From: Lepidodermella squamata | Lineage: Eukaryota > Animalia > Gastrotricha | Direction of reading: 5' to 3' | DNA: 64,000 nucleotides | NCBI GenBank assembly: GCA_047495785.1 | Contig: JBLDXI010000024.1 | Coordinates: forward strand, 434,001 to 498,000 | In this document: positions 13,301 through 28,600 of the stretch, piece by piece | Position numbering within the stretch: the stretch's first letter is position 1 | How the letters are laid out: each line of letters starts with the position of its first letter | Position numbers and translations under genes: made by a program | Notes under the pieces: model-generated | What the model was told of the DNA's origin: nothing | What the model saw: only the letters and a program-made list of their open reading frames with translations | The model's database searches: none

Positions 13301-16300
13301 TGACAATGCAATAATTTTGCAGGGTCGCTCGCGACGCCGCCACGCTATGCGCAACGTCGAGCGCGTTGTTTTCTCGCAGCCGCAGAAAAATAACAACTCA
13401 GAAATAACTTTCAGAGAATGGCGCGCGCGTGTGGGTGAATGCGAAATTGCCGCGAGCAACAAGAAAAGACGAGGAGTAGCTCGTAATAGGCTCTGGCACG
13501 CGTGTTGCCTTCTAAAATAATAAAATACTAAACAATTTGCTTCACACTTTTCCTACATGCGCGTAGTTTCTGGAGCACAGTGGAGTAGTGTGTGAGCAAT
13601 GTCTTTACTGCCCCGATGGTGGTAATCGCAACGATGATGATGAAAAACATAATATAAAGTTTTGTCGATTCGCAAACTACTGATAAGGAAACTTATATTC
13701 ACGCTAGTTAACAAAAGACTGCGGCTTCTTTCTAGTTCGCAAATGAATCACCAGAAACGAGAAATTATACCACCCATCTCACAGGTCGAAAAAAGGCACC
13801 GCAGGTGCATAAACAAAGCCGCGTAAATCTCGGATGCAATTGGGAACAATTGTTTCTTATTCTGGTACACGAGCTGCTCGCTAGTGGATTTTAATATTTA
13901 TTATTTGGATTAGACTATACAGACGAGTCGGGAAGAAAAGAAAACCTCATAATCATTGCTGAAAACAACATCGCTTAATACTAAATAGCGCGTGCATATA
14001 TGCTGGCCGAGAATAGCCGATGATGATGATGATGACAGCCAAGCGCTCGCGAAAATACAAGAGATCTGACAGCTCATGGAACACGCGTCTATCAAAAAGA
14101 GAACCAGAGAGCGCGAGAATTAAGGCACGTACTTGCTACAAGGCATGAGCGTGAAGAAAATAACACAACCGCTTTATTGCTTTTTTATCGCTATTGCCCG
14201 GCTGGCTGTGGTTGCAGTATCTAGGTATGAAAGAATCTCGTCAATGTGAAATAAGTACAAATGCACTTTTCACAACAAGTGGTAGTATCAAAACAACAAG
14301 CGCGACAAGTAAACTCCGGCTCAAACTTCAAAAGCAGCCGTGGTGATGGCAATGATAAAATAATAAACGAAAAACAGCCAAGTTATACGCAACCAAATAG
14401 ATTGAAACATGGATGATATAGCCAAAAAGTTATGTGACCTTGGCCAGATAAGAATTAGGTGATGATGATGATGATGATGTTGTGGTGGGAGAATCATAAG
14501 CTTTAACACGTGAGTTGCGCCCGTGCTATATAATAAACACCTTAAGGCATGGCGGTTATTAGCGTGTATTTGTTAAGGTGGTTGCGGGATGACACGGTGC
14601 GATAGCTGGGCAAAAGTTCACGGGCGGACGCGTGCGGCCCAGCTCATGCACCAGCAGTAGCTAGGCTGGGATGAGAAACTACTGGCAAGGCGTCGAGTTG
14701 TTGTTCTTGAACCGTGGTGTTAACACGAAACAAACTGTCTTGGATATAATTGTAAGTTATCTCACAAGTTGTGTCTGTTGTCGATCAAGATGCGAGCGAG
14801 CGAGCAACCAACCAGCCGCGTGAACAAAGAACAACAGTGCTGTTGTTCGGGCTCGTGCCGCAAGACTACACGAGCTTAGCTAGTAGCAGTGGCTAGAGTG
14901 AAATTTGCACACAAACAAATTGGCAGGGAATTGGGGGCATCTAGTGAACACGTTTACTTGCAAGAAAGCAAGACTCGAATTAACAGCAGCAGCAGCAGCG
15001 GGCCACAAAAGAAGGCTGACCTAGTAGTACTCCACTCTCCTTGGAGAACTATTACAAGCAACAACAACTGAATGAATGGTAAATAATAATTGGCGCGTAT
15101 TATTTTCGCGAAAAAGGCAGCGGGGTAAGAAGAAGACACACGCCGACACGCCTCCTACCTGGCAGCCTCATTACTATCAGCGTGTGAAAACAAAAGATGG
15201 CCACGGGCGCAGACAAAGAAAAAACATCTGTTTGTTCGGAAGGCCATAATAGCCGCAATGATATGCGCAATTGACGCGCTGAATGCGCCAGCAAGATAAA
15301 TAATAGCAGTATCGAATAGATACAAATAGATATCAGTGTTTTTACCGGAGAAAACCTAGTTTTTACTGCTAATGTGTTGTGATTACCCCCTTATAGCCGT
15401 CGTCAATAGTGCAAATGCATTGGCGCGAGCCGAGAAAAGCGCAACCTAATTACGACCCGAATTACCCCGTGCTGCATTTTTTCTGCAGAGAGAGCGAGCG
15501 GAGTCGCATGAATACAAGGCGCAAACCGAGTGGAAAATTGAACAGAAGTATTTAGGAGATGTACTTAAGTCTCCTCATCCATCAATTACTGCTACCAATA
15601 TATCGCGTGCTGGTAGCTGTTTATTTGTTGATAGAGCTCAAAAAGAGGGCGCCCCTATCCTCCCCATGGGATCACGGCGGACGGAGCAAACATGTGCTAA
15701 ATTATGGGTTGAGACGTGGCAAAATAATAGCTGACTTTTTTTGAGTCGGAAATAATGACTAGGTTACCACAACAACACAACGTGACTCGAGCTGAATCGC
15801 ACGAGAAAAGGCTTAGATAGATTTATGTACGTTTAGTACACATTGCTACAGTGGCAGTCCAGAGATATGAGTCAGGCGAGAGCGGGGTCAAAGTCGATTA
15901 GAGAAAGGTGTGCGCGTTCCATGAGTGCGGGAGCCGCCGAGAGCAAATACGAGAAATGGCTTTTATGCCTGTTTCCGAAACAGGCAAAATAGGAAACGAT
16001 ACCGGTGTGAGGATACAGTGAAAACAACAACATCACAACAACAACAGCAGGCGGTAAAACTGTCGTAAACGCGCGCTCGCTGCCAAGTTAGGATTTCCAT
16101 CTACACCTAAGGATGTAAACACGTGTACTGATAGCCGAGTGGCCATCTCACTGACAGTAACAAAAGATAACGCACACTTGTCAAAGTCGGACGAGACAGA
16201 CGGCGCAAGGACCATCATCGTGTTAAACACTTATGCAGTACCAATGAGACAGAGATCCTGCCGATACTCGACACAAGATTCACTGTCGTAAAGTGGCGCC

Positions 16301-19300
16301 CGGTAGTAGTATTATTGTTTCAGCCAGTGCCAGCTACGAGATCCGGCCGCTCGTGTTTGACCAGATGGCCTACTACACAGCGTTAGAGCAAGAAATAACG
16401 ACCCAGGGACACGTGTCTATCAGGTAAAATTCTGGACTTGCTCTTCTCAGTCTCAAACGATCGAAAATAAACGCAGATGCGCATCTTATAGCAGAGAAAA
16501 CACGATGTTGTCTAATTGAAAACTCATCCAGGATTAGATAGGATTTACGTAGAAAATTAAACGCAACGTGATGAAAAAGCGTAATAAAAAGGTCAATGAA
16601 TCACTGCATAAATTACCGCAGCAATTCAATCGGTAGTAGAGAGCATCGCGCCAGTGTTCAGGTCGACTACACCTGCATATCATTAGGCGGTAAGAATGGG
16701 AAAAACTCGAATGCGAATGGCAAGGAGCTCTTCAACGAGTTCGGCGGGGACACAAACGAACCGGAGAGCAAACAAAGCCGGCAATAAAAATGAACCCGGC
16801 ATCACAAAATATTTAATGTCGTGCTGAAAATAGCTCCATTGCGATTGAGCATAGTGTTTACGTAGCAGCGGCAAACAATAAAGAAAGCGAAAGTATGTTT
16901 TAATAATATTATTTTTGCGGCGCAAGAGTTATAGACTTGAGGGAGGCAGCATAGCCGTCGCTTCTGCCCCATCACTGTCATGTGTTCGGACTACTTAATA
17001 GCACAAGTTTTTCAAGCAAGCCGACGAGGATAGGTGAGAGACGACGCTAATGTCGCGCCCACCGGTTTGCATATACTTGAGAGCGTGAGTTAGCCTATTA
17101 TCTACGGAAGGGGTAGAGCTTCGCAGTGGGGTTGGCATGTAGTTAAAGCTCGGGTGCGATCATGGCATTAGGACACGCATGTTTCTGCTAAGTTCACGCG
17201 TTTCGGTAAGTGTTAAACAAAACCGCCCGACAAAGCGCATTCTTAATTCAAGAACGGGAGGTAAGTTCCGCTTTACGTGAGCGAAAACTCGTGACTCGAT
17301 TAAAATTTATATCAAGAAAGATAACCCAACACGCCAATGAGAAATTGGAGTAATAAACGCATTCTGTGTGTTTGCATACAGAGGCTGGTCAGTCAGTTCC
17401 CAGCAGCCGCTCACAAATGACGCCTGGACTTGGAAAAGTTTATTACACGGGACTGTAGTCGAAGAGTTACTTATTTAATAATGAAGACAATAATACACAC
17501 CTGGACTGGCCTATTCGACATGTGTAATGGCGCAAATAACAACTTCATAGCCTCATCATTCAAACGCCGTTTCATATAGTAAAAATGGTAAACAAACCGC
17601 AGACACAAATATAAAGCGTGCTAATGGAGCGCGCAAAGTAAATATAAATCACTGCAAAATACTAGGAGACCCGGCGAATCGTGAAATGACAAGCGAGAAG
17701 CTACAATTATTTATTACCTGACTTTTGGTTATTACACGACAAAATAATAATAGTATGATAAACAAACCTCTTCGTAAAACGGCAGATCCTCGATTCGTTC
17801 GGGAATTCCTAATAAATGCTGCTGCGTGATTTGAGGCGCGGTCTTCCGATTGACTGCGCCGTTTTGTTTCGGCGAACCGCCGGCCTGTTCGCCATCGTGA
17901 TGACCATTCAAAAGCGATGAAAATCCATTAGCAGGTGTTGAACCTGCTCGCGCGTGGCTAATGCCGTTCGAGCTCGCATGACTGTTAGCCTTCGGAGGGG
18001 TCATATTAACGATCCCAAATCCGAAGCTAGACCGACCGAGCCACGAATTAGCCGCTGTCCCATTAGCTACAGTAGGTGCTGTAGATGCGGTAGTTTCCTT
18101 ATTAGATCGCCCAGTAGTAAAACTCGCGTTTCCATTCGTGAAACGATTTCCTGCCGAAGAATGAGAAGGTAAAGTCGATGAGACAGTTCGACGAGCGTAT
18201 CGATTGAACGACGCCCTGCTAAAGGGCCGCTCTACCGTCCTCATTTTCCGTTTCATATCCTCTTGTCCCTGAAATTCGGTCCGACCACTGTAGCGGAAAG
18301 CGACATTGAAGGGTGCGAGGATGGCAGCGCTTTTTGTCACCGCTGGAGGTGTCTTCAGACGAAAAAACGTGTGATATTCCACGGCTGTTTGCCAAAGAGA
18401 GCGAGCAAGTTTCGGGTTACTCAGTGTATAAACCGCATGTTGCATGAACTCGCGAGTTCCATCGGCTGCCACAATTCCACTGCCCTCATTGCTGCCGTTC
18501 TGGTGGTAACTCGAAGACTTGCCGTTCAAGCTTTCACTCGATGTTTCGTTCACAACACTCAGTAAAAATTGCCTTCGCTTGAAAGACACCTTACAGATGT
18601 TGCACCAGGGATGCAGTAGAACGCGACGCTCGCCACGAAATAGCGTCAAACCAGAGGCTGAAACGCCTAAGTGTACCGGCTCGTCCGGATTATAAGGCTT
18701 GCTTTTGGATTTATCCTCCTGACTTGATGGAGGAAAGGAAACAATTTCAAACAGCATAACGCCGTACGTTTCCAGGCTGCGAGCGTGGTGTAAAAAATTG
18801 AATTCGGCATCGGCGGGACTTTGCCCGCGATGCTGCTTGTGAAGTTCGATAACTCGCTGTTCAAACGCTTGAGGTGGCGGAATAACCGCGTTGGCGAAGT
18901 AACGGAACTCGGCGATGTATCCATCGTTGTGTTCCGATGAGTTATAATCACCTAATTCAGCTATAAAACAAAAAAAATTAGAACGGCAACTTTTGCCTGG
19001 GCTTTATAACAGACATTGAACGGCGTAACTAGCCAAAATAATGGCTACTTCTTCGCTGCACCATAGCCGTCGCTCGGCGATGTCGAGTTTCAACTGCATA
19101 AAATAATGGTATCGCGTATATTCTTCTTGAAGACGGCATGGGTCGGGGGTGTAAAATTTGATTCGAAATAAGAAAGCGTAAACGCCTTCGTCTACAATGA
19201 AAAAAATGAATAAACATTGCGCATAGTCGGAGAATTTACTTACTTTTGAACTGTTTGCGTATCTTCTTGTCAGCTTCTATCCACCTAATCACGCCTGGAA

Positions 19301-19596
19301 ATTCCTGGCAGGGATCAAGAAGTTGTAAACCAAAGTAGTCTCGCTCGGCCAAATCCAAGCAATCGAATAATCGATCCAATAAGACTTGTCCGACTGCGGA
19401 TTTCTGATTTGAATTGAATGAAATTTGCCAGAGCCAATCAGGTTAACTGTTAAAAGTTTACCTCTAACTCTATCATCTGTTGGCTATCATCGAGCAGACG
19501 AACGGCGCATTTTATGGTCTTGGCTGGCCGAGGAGGAGTCGACTCGGCAGCCATGGGCTTGTAAGTACCACTCCGAAGACGAAAACTGAGCGTCAT
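7376..19596 (-). CDS. FERM-PDZ tyrosine phosphatase, PTPN3/PTPN4 (PTP-MEG) family, full-length isoform
   Basis: Start MTLSFRLRSGTYKP (19596); FERM exons (FRIKFYTPDPCRLQEEYTRY, YGVMLF, LWQTAVEYHTFFRL, FRYSGRTEFQ) ending near 17768; exon 9055-8021 with PDZ (DADGRFGFNVKGG) and KNRYRDITPYD; last exon 7912-7376 with WPDHGVP and intact VHCSAGIGRTG. Confidence 0.92.
9156..9560 (-). CDS. Candidate alternative first coding exon of the phosphatase (135 aa, Cys clusters)
   Basis: Acceptor ttctcaatag ending at 9586, ATG 9560, open frame to TTG|gtacga donor at 9155; phase 0 matches the acceptor of the PDZ exon at 9055. Confidence 0.6.
11073..11095. repeat. (GA)n microsatellite
   Basis: Run of about 10-11 GA units read directly. 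Confidence 0.8.
11320..12282 (-). CDS. Candidate alternative first coding exon of the phosphatase (321 aa, S/P/Q/N-rich)
   Basis: About 1-kb ORF inside the intron, ATG 12282 (MLSYEQAAY), ends GAG|gtaagt (consensus donor), phase 0 compatible with the 9055 exon; upstream acceptor ttttccgcgcag ending at 12386. Confidence 0.7.
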
Positions 19597-22575
19597 TTTT
19601 TCGTTCTCGGCCCGACGAAATTGAACGGCTGAGAAAATCAATAAGAGCAGCAGTCCATCAAAATGATGCCAAATTAACACATCGGCTGCAATTTAACTGC
19701 CAATGTTTATCAACTTAAATAATAAAAAAGGTCCTGTTACTATTTTTTATAGCGTAAATTTCCTATACGTAAAAACAATTATTAATAAGAATGGCAAATT
19801 GTAACGGCAGAAAATAACGAATGTCACTCAAAAATAACAGCTGTTCGGTCTACAAAAGGCGTGTAAAAACAACACGAGATATGACAAGATATCACTGGCG
19901 TTATCCACATCAGAATTGAAATGCACAACGGCGATGCGATAAGAAAACAGGCCACACAACTGAGCTAAAATAAAGGTATGAATGTCATTACTATTGTTAT
20001 TACCGTTATTTATTCTTTGTCGGAACGGGAAATGCGGCTTGCAGAAATTCGCTGTTGGGTCAGTCACCCCAGCAACAATTACTACAATAACACAACAACA
20101 ACGAGGAACACCAGGTTCAACAGTACAGTGGACGCATAACGGTAAACAGAAATAGAGCGCAGAACGGTTCCGACCCACGCTTTCAGCAGAGCCCAGTGGC
20201 GGTTATGCGGCAGAAATGAAAGAGAGAACTCGCAAGTGGAGGCGTTAGGCTGTCGCATACTATATATTCATGTCTTATCTGTATGACGGTGATCCACCAC
20301 CACCGCAGCGGCCACGACCACAGTCAATCTACGGGTAATATGAAGTCAATGAACGAGGCCACTGCCAACACAAACACCATTCACACGATGGATGGCGCTG
20401 TAATGCGCTAGGCAAGTGCATATTTGAAGGATGAGCGGCAACTACCTACATAGATGGCCCCGAGACACGCATATATACAAACGCGCAAATATATGCGACG
20501 ACCAGCCTAGAACCTATTGCATCAAGAAAACGCCCATCACTCTCGTTGTGGTGGTGGCAGTAGCAACACAAATTTGTAACAATCATTGTATAACGGCGTT
20601 CGGCCGCGCACGAGCAGAAAGAGAACCATCGGTTTGTTTGGAATATGCTTGTCTGGGTCACGCGTCATGCCTGATTTAAGGCCAGCAGCGCACGTGGTCA
20701 ATACTTGTCGCGCGTTTCGAATCGCGTACCTTTCGAGCAGCTGCTAAGAGCACTTGCGAAAACATCAACAATCGACTCGTGTAATTGACGATGGTAGGTA
20801 TTGAGACGAATACAATAAACGAAAGGATCATCGCAATTTAATTGAAAGTGCTAATTGGACACTTGAGAAGAATGCCACCATAGCGATGCGATGAAATAGT
20901 GCTCACAAGCTAAAAAGTTTATGTTTGTTATCACGTGGCTTCGAGATACTAACAGTCTGTGTTTACCATCAAAACACATCATTGAAACGAGACTTTTCAT
21001 TCTGAAAAAAGGAACGCAAACAATGCTGCGAATCCGCTTTCGCATAATCAGTAGCAACAAATTTAATATCCATTAGGGCTTGAAATCATCATGTATCTAT
21101 AATTTGTGTGTCGTACGGAGACTCGCGCGCGCACCCAAAGGAATCGCCACAATTTTCTGTCAACAAAGCCGAACGAAAGCACGCTGATTGATGAATGGCA
21201 AACGCCAGAAATAAAACACGCAAGCCCGCGATCAAACGGTAAACAACGTCACGTTGACCACTGAAGTAAAATAGCTTATAATTGATTTCACTCTAATGCA
21301 CACATACCTACGATGAAACCAAAATAAGCGCGAAAAACAGTAGACGTCTTCTGTCGGACCTCACGAAGATGAGCTTCTGACGGGCCACTGGTGAACTCGT
21401 CATTGAATGCCATGAAATCAAAATTGAATCACTTTTGCTTCACTAGACCGTAAAATTTTTCTAATATATAGTGTAAAGAATGACCTCACAGAACTGATAT
21501 CCATCTGGCACTGGAATCAAAGACAACACGGCGGTGATAACTGCGAATAATCGATAACATTTTCGATATTGCTTTACGAGAAAGGCGGTAATAAGAACGC
21601 AAATGCTGCAGAAAATAAGAACAACGTTGACTGATTATAACCCACAAAAGAGAACATTCCTGCGAGCCTAATGCGGCGCACAAAATGATGCGATGCACAC
21701 ATTGAACATCGATTTCATAGTAAGAATGACATCAGAAGGAATGCAAAATAATAAATAAACGATTATTTTGCATAGTAATTTGTTGCGTGTCAACAGAAGT
21801 AACTCTGTATGTCGCAAAGGCGAAACAGAATATAAATCCACTCTATTCTGTTAAGAAACCCGTCGAAACGTCGAAAATAGTCATCATAAAAATATTGAAA
21901 TGCAAATCATTGTGAAAACTAAATGAGTAAAAAATATGCAATCCATATAAATAAAGCGGCTGCTTCCATGACATTTAATCAATTCCTGGTGTAATATAAT
22001 TGATTAATAATTATATTTCAAATTTAAATTAAATAATTTCAACAATCCTGGACTGTCGAATACAGGAGTTTTCAGTTTGAGTAACGAAAACTATAAATCA
22101 AGCTGTTCGTAAGTAAACTGCATCGACTGCGCATGAAACTAGGGTGAAACAGTTAACGCCCAAAAGGCAGTTTCCTCTTTTCCCGACTATATAGGTTGAA
22201 TCAACGTGATGAAATTGATGGCTTCTAGATGGCTGCAGTGAGAGGTTGAAATAGTTTATCGCGATAGTTTGAAGAAGGAGCTACCAGGGTCTGTAAAACT
22301 TTCCTTCTGCACCGCAACCTTCATCATTAAGGTTGTAACCCTTTTCTTTAGTCAGACAAGTAATACATAATAATAATGAATATCCAAAATCCGAAATCCA
22401 AAGAAACGCTAACAAAGCTTTCCCTGTGATAGTCTGTAATCTAGCACAATCGCACTACTGTATTTTTCCTTGGACTTCTGTCGCAAAGTTTAAAATCACC
22501 GCGGATGCGGATCCAATGGTTAAAGCAAAAAAAGGATAATACATTAGACACATGATCGGTTATTTCTTAAGCCAA

Positions 22576-22608
22576 ATAGTCTGCAGATAGTCTGCAGATA
22601 GTCTGCAG
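22576..22608. repeat. Tandem repeat (ATAGTCTGCAG)x3
   Basis: Three adjacent copies of an 11-mer. Confidence 0.8.
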
Positions 22609-24037
22609 GTAGCGAATTGACTCCCTGTTGCCCGTTGCCCGAAGACTAGACATTTGTTATTTTGTTATTTTGAAAGAGGAAAGAGAAAACAAGCTTGAAT
22701 TACAGGAGCGAAAAGAAATAATGGGTATAATTCCTAAGCATTAAATATTTAGGCTCTCGTCTGATGTTTAATGCCGGACACCGGTTGCAATATCACAGGC
22801 GTGAAGCGTGAAACTTAAAGCACACAGCATACAGTAGGTAGGTAGGATAGGGTACAGACAAGCCAGGCGCCGCGAACGACGAACGACTCAACGACATGAC
22901 CATAAGGTGGCGTAGTGGCTAACGCCCGTAACCCGTAACTGGGCCTGACTGAGGATGGCGACAAACGATTGAACGATTGAATAGATGTTGGCTCCTGAGC
23001 ATTCCGGCCATTAGAGGCCACTCTCACCCTTGTCTACGCCTTTAAGGGGTGGCTGCGGGAGTATCCGTGTCAGAAGCTCGAAATCGCCTGTCGCACCACA
23101 TCAGTCGAACCAACCTTAAGCTTAAATGCCCATATGCATCCAAGAGCGACACCAGTATAGGGAAGGTAAATCGCCGGGCACCACAACTCTACTCTTCGAG
23201 AAAAGCGAATTTGATTTTTGAAATTTCCCCCATTTTTTGACAGATATTTTGTATAAATAATTTAGCGAGTGAAAAAAGGATAACAAATTACCCACTCAAA
23301 ATTCTAATAATTTAAGGCGCGTAAAAAAAACCCAACGGGTTCGAAATCCCGGCTGGCTCTCAGCTGCAGCGTCGAGTTGGGAGTGTTACGTTGCGGGTGT
23401 GGGGGTTGGGGGTGTGGGACCTTGTTGTTTCGTTGTTAACAACGCGTCGTCGCTTCATTATCTTAGTTAAGGTGCATGAGTATTGAAACCTAAGTGAGCA
23501 AAATACGATATTAGCCCGTTGTCGTAGGACGCCACTTACGATGAGATACAACTCATAGAATCTGGAATCTGGGAACAGCATAAACTTATTCGTGATTCGT
23601 CGTCGGCATCCATTACGTGGAAAACTATCCAAAATTTTCAACGTAGAAATCCAATCCAATTGATACTAAATTTAGGACTAGATATTCGATACAAATGAAG
23701 CACTGATATTATTTACCGTTCTCGTGTTATCGTCCAATTTCATTCGTAGAACCACCCTCTTCGAAGGCTCCTCTCGAAGAGGCAAGCCTTAAGCCTTCAT
23801 TCGGGCCTATCAGAGGACTCGGTCCCTCTTAGATCCCTCTTAGAAGGCCTGTATCTTGCGCTTGATATCCCACTACTTTTTTAATTGCACGAAAGAAAAT
23901 GTAATGCACAATTTGGCATTGGTGAAGTTTTAGGAATACCAAATTCACCCCTAACCCTAGCCACTGTCGATAAAATTACCTTCTTTTTACGCTTGCTTGC
24001 TACGTTTCCTAGATTGAATATACAATATTATAATCTA

Positions 24038-25620
24038 ATGAATAACGACCGAGAACATCTCGAGGGTGATGAAGGTGACCATGCGGTGGAAAATGGCGAA
24101 GGAAAGAAAAAAAGTAAAAAAAAGATCGCAGAAGGGGCGCATGTACAACCAGCCGAGGCACAAGATCTAATCAATACTGTGCAAAAACTTCTACTGTCTC
24201 ATGGCGGCGAAGCTACCGCCCCGAAACAACTCGACGATGCCGCGAAACGGAAGTATGAATTCTGGGAGACGCAGCCTGTTCCTCGCTTTGATGCCAAGGT
24301 TGTCGAGAACAAAGCTATCGAGCCAGATAAGGAAATTAGCAGTCTTCGCCAAGAGCCATATTCGCTACCTGATGGATTTTATTGGGACGATGTTGACCTC
24401 AACAATACCGTTCAGCTTACTGAGCTTTATACTTTGCTCACTGAGAACTACGTTGAAGACGACGATAATATGTTTCGATTCGATTACGCCCCTGAGTTTT
24501 TGAAATGGTCTGTGTTCCTCAATTTAAATTAAACACTTATCGATGAATTTTTCTTCATTACAGGGCTCTTCAGCCACCCGGCTGGTTGCCACAGTGGCAT
24601 GCCGGGATTAGGGTCAACAAGACGAAAAAGCTGGTTTGCTTTATCGCTGCTGTGCCAAGTCTAATCCGCGTTTACGATAAAACGCAGAAGATGGTTGAAA
24701 TCAACTTTTTATGCGTGCACAAGAGACTTCGCTCGAAACGCGTAGCTCCCGTTTTGATTCGGGAAATTACGCGTCGAGTTAATTTAACGGGAATTTTTCA
24801 AGCGGTTTACACAGCTGGCGTTGTTTTACCTCGACCGGTTGCAACATGCCGTTACTGGCATCGATCGCTCAATCCGAAAAAGCTCATTGAAGTGAAATTC
24901 TCTCACCTTTCGCGTAACATGACCCTTCAAAGGACCATCAAGCTTTACCGTTTGCCTGATTCGCCTTTGACGCCTGGATTTAGAGCTAGCGAGGCTCGCG
25001 ATGTTCCTGCGATTTGTCGCCTTCTGAATGCTCATCTCCAAAAGGCAAATTTGTGTCCAATTTTCCACGATGATGATACTGCTCATTGGTTTTTGCCGAG
25101 AAAAGACGTGATTGAAAGCTACGTCGTCGAGGTACGTTGTTCTTCAGACAAATCCACAAACTCGTTTAATCCCGTATGCCAATTTAGGGTTCCGACGGCA
25201 CTATCACCGACTTCGTCTCGTTTTATTCATTACCGTCGAGTGTAGTGAATCATCCCACTCACAAAACCCTTTCGGCAGCCTACTTGTTCTATCACGTCGC
25301 GACGACAACGAAACTGGAATCTCTCATGCAAGATGCGTTGATTATCGCTAAAAATGTGTGTTTTTAACATATGTCTTGTTCATTTGATCTGACTAACGAT
25401 TTTTCAGAGAGGCTTCGACGTTTTCAATGCCCTTGACCTCTTGGATAATCCAACATTTTTGGAAAACCTGAAATTCGGCGTCGGTGATGGCAATCTGCAT
25501 TATTATATTTACAACTGGCAATGTCCTGAAATGAAGCCGGAGAATGTAATGAATCATTGTTACTGTTACAAAAACTATTTACTTTTGTTTTTTTCATAGA
25601 TTGGGCTCGTCCTGCAATAG
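24038..25620 (+). CDS. NMT: Glycylpeptide N-myristoyltransferase, multi-exon
   Basis: [91 protein letters not shown]; C-terminus IGLVLQ-stop at 25620. Confidence 0.97.
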
Positions 25621-28600
25621 TGACCTACACCGTCAAAAATAAGCTCAAAGTTTGCAACTACTGGATATAAAAAAATCATTCATGGTGCCTATGCACGCTA
25701 AACGCTCATTCATGTTGAAAAAAACTTGCTTACCTATTATTAAATGATGATATTGATTTATTAGCTGGGATGAAAAGGAATAACCGGCTGCAATTATTAT
25801 CAAACGTGGTATATTTTGTTGTGTCAGCACCGAAATCATTGCTTCAAATAAGTCCAATATTGTTGTTTGGTCAGCGCTTTCGGTGTATCGTCCTAGTCTT
25901 GAAGTGATTATTTCTAATTTCTAAGCTTTGGGTTTTAGAATGATGCGATATTATTGTGTCGATAAAACAACGCCCACTGACTGTCTATCTATGAAAGGTT
26001 GTCGTTGAAGTCGTATGCTATTCAGGCTTTTGAACCAAATAAAACGTAAAATGCCAGCTCTCGGTGGACATTTTAATTGTTGTTAATAATTACGGTAAAT
26101 GATGTAGGTGATAGGCTGCTATGAGTGTACCAAGCTGAGCGTCAAAGAATTCAATTAGGCCACCGCTCCCACGCAGCCGAAAGAAGGATTCAAGTTGAAG
26201 ATGTGACATGTGATCGACATGACAAATCGACAATGAAAACTTTACTTGTCTTGGCTTCCATCTGATAGGCAGAAAATATATCTCAACTGAATATCACACA
26301 CCAACCTGTCTGGACCCAAATACAGTGTGTCCGTCAAATAATATGAGGCTATTTATAGTCCAAAAGCAATAGCAAGCGTGGCGCGTGCCAGATCTGGCGT
26401 CTCATTTTTTTCATGAGATGCAAAAAATAATACGTCAATGAAATCTAAAGCTTTATTTACTGCTGCTAGTTAAAATTTGTATGCATCAGCTAGTGTTGAT
26501 GATTAAACTTTCTTCGCCTTAATTCTTTCAGGTCATAGAGAAAGTGATGTTCTGACCATCAGGAATGCTCATATTTTCCTCTTAACGAGCCGCGCCTTTA
26601 AAAAATTATCTTAATTATCAGGTTCATCTCCGTCATCATCATCTTCTCCCTCAGCCGTTTCAGTTCTTTGTTTTGCAAGGGCCATTTTGAATTCGGCCAT
26701 GGCCAGTTTTACAAACCGCTTATTTGGAATCGGGTTTCCCCTTTTTCGCGTACATCGACTTGCCCATCGACTTGGGTCTTCAACAGCCGCGGGACATTTT
26801 CTAGATTTTTTTCGAAATCTTGCATGTCTAATTTAATAACTGGTGCCGTTGAAGCATAAAATGCAAAAATGCAACAAATGCAATGAAAGCAACTAAAGCA
26901 GTTTCCATTACGACCTGGTAATCTGTTTGAAATAAGTTCCGCGTTTTGAAATAAAGGGGTAATGTCGCTTTCGCCAATTTGTGTAGCATCCGGGGCGCTA
27001 TCGGCTAACCGTTATATACGTGAATTTCACATACCCGCAAGAATACGTCCAATGGCTAGTACAAACAGTTTTAACTGAATTGGATCAGAAAATTTGCTAT
27101 TAAATAGCAGTTAAATGGTTATATTTTTTCCAGATATTAGGTTGACATTGTTGCGCGTTTGATCTTATTGCATGAATATTCAGGGCAACTCGTTGTCCCC
27201 AAAACTTTAGTAATGTACAAAGCTTGCAGGTGAAAATCCCGAAGCTAATGCTTTTGTTCCGAAGAATGTTCTTTATCTTGATTAAATAATACCAATTTTG
27301 GCGGAGCAATAATTGATATTTTTCCAGCAATGAACAACAATAGCTGTACTATCATTCAGTGCTGCGTTTTTTTTGCCTCGTGCACGACTCGTGAACAGGC
27401 GCAATTAAAATGCTATATTTAGGCTCTTATTATTTGACGGACACACTGTATTACCTTGAAAAAGTACCTCGAAATTAACTATGAAAACTTGATAACCACT
27501 CCGAGAATTTCTATAGCTATACTGTCGCGCTTTTGTGGAAATGATTTACGACCATGTTTTTTACTCATTACATCTACTCGCATGCAATTGATTTCATTTG
27601 TTTGGCCTCGTGTTTATCAAATCTCGGAATGATGAGCATGGTGTTTGGACACAAAAATTGATAACAGTTAACCGCATATCCAACAAGTTTCCGCTTTGAA
27701 ATTCCTTAGTGTGCCGGCAACAAAATGGCTCATTTAGTGAAATAAATGAGAGAAAAACAGCCGACTATTATATCTCTCAACTTGTCTGCTGCGCGGATCC
27801 ACTGCACACACACACGCATATATAACACCTGCGGAACAACAGCCCGCGCTTGGAAAATCGATCTCAGGATGATACGCGGATAGTGGTGGGTGTTTTTTGC
27901 GCTCTAGGCCACACAGTTGTTTAACTTATGAGAGCGATCATATCGCACAAACAGCAGGTTCCATCATTTCACGAATTTATACAGCTAATTCAATTCAGCA
28001 CCTTGTCATATCTATACTTTAGTGCTTTCGCTTTTTCTTGAAACCAAAGTTAGACGTAAAGCGACACTTTTAAGTACAAAGCTTCCTGAACCTGGATACT
28101 GTTACTTCAAAAATCAAGCTCGTCGTGTGTGAAAGCTCGCATTTCATTATCGAAAAAATGCACTTTACTTATTTGAAAATTGTAATTTCCAAGTGCACAA
28201 GTGTTGGCAAGACATAGGTAGTGACTTCGCTCTTTAAAGCGAAAACTTCATTCGAGACCCACCTGTGGGCAAGCGTCGCTGCCTCATGATTAACTAGTAA
28301 TGCTTATAATCGCACGGTTGTTATGGTAATTTTACGGCACTTCTGCGATTTGATCAACAAAGTACCGATGATAACCAAACATTGAGCACTTCGTCAAAAT
28401 CTCAATAGGCTTCCTATAAAGATGGTGTTTACTTATGCGCTCGGGGTTATCGAAGAGCTTATGTCAACTGGAGAATTAAATGAATCACTGTTCTACCACT
28501 TTTCTTCAATTCCTCACATGAAATATGCGCTTTTAATTAGTTTCAAGTAATGGTCGTTGATGCATGTACTTATACTGGCTGGAATTTAATTTTTAGTGAG

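Noticed and set aside
22800-23860. GC-shifted stretch with short palindromes between the phosphatase and NMT, possibly a transposon relic
   Set aside because: No TIR/TSD pair or transposase motif could be identified.
26612-26908. Minus-strand coding-looking stretch (RHARFRKKSRKC..EGEDDDGDEPDN)
   Set aside because: No start or consistent splice model; frames are interrupted by stops.
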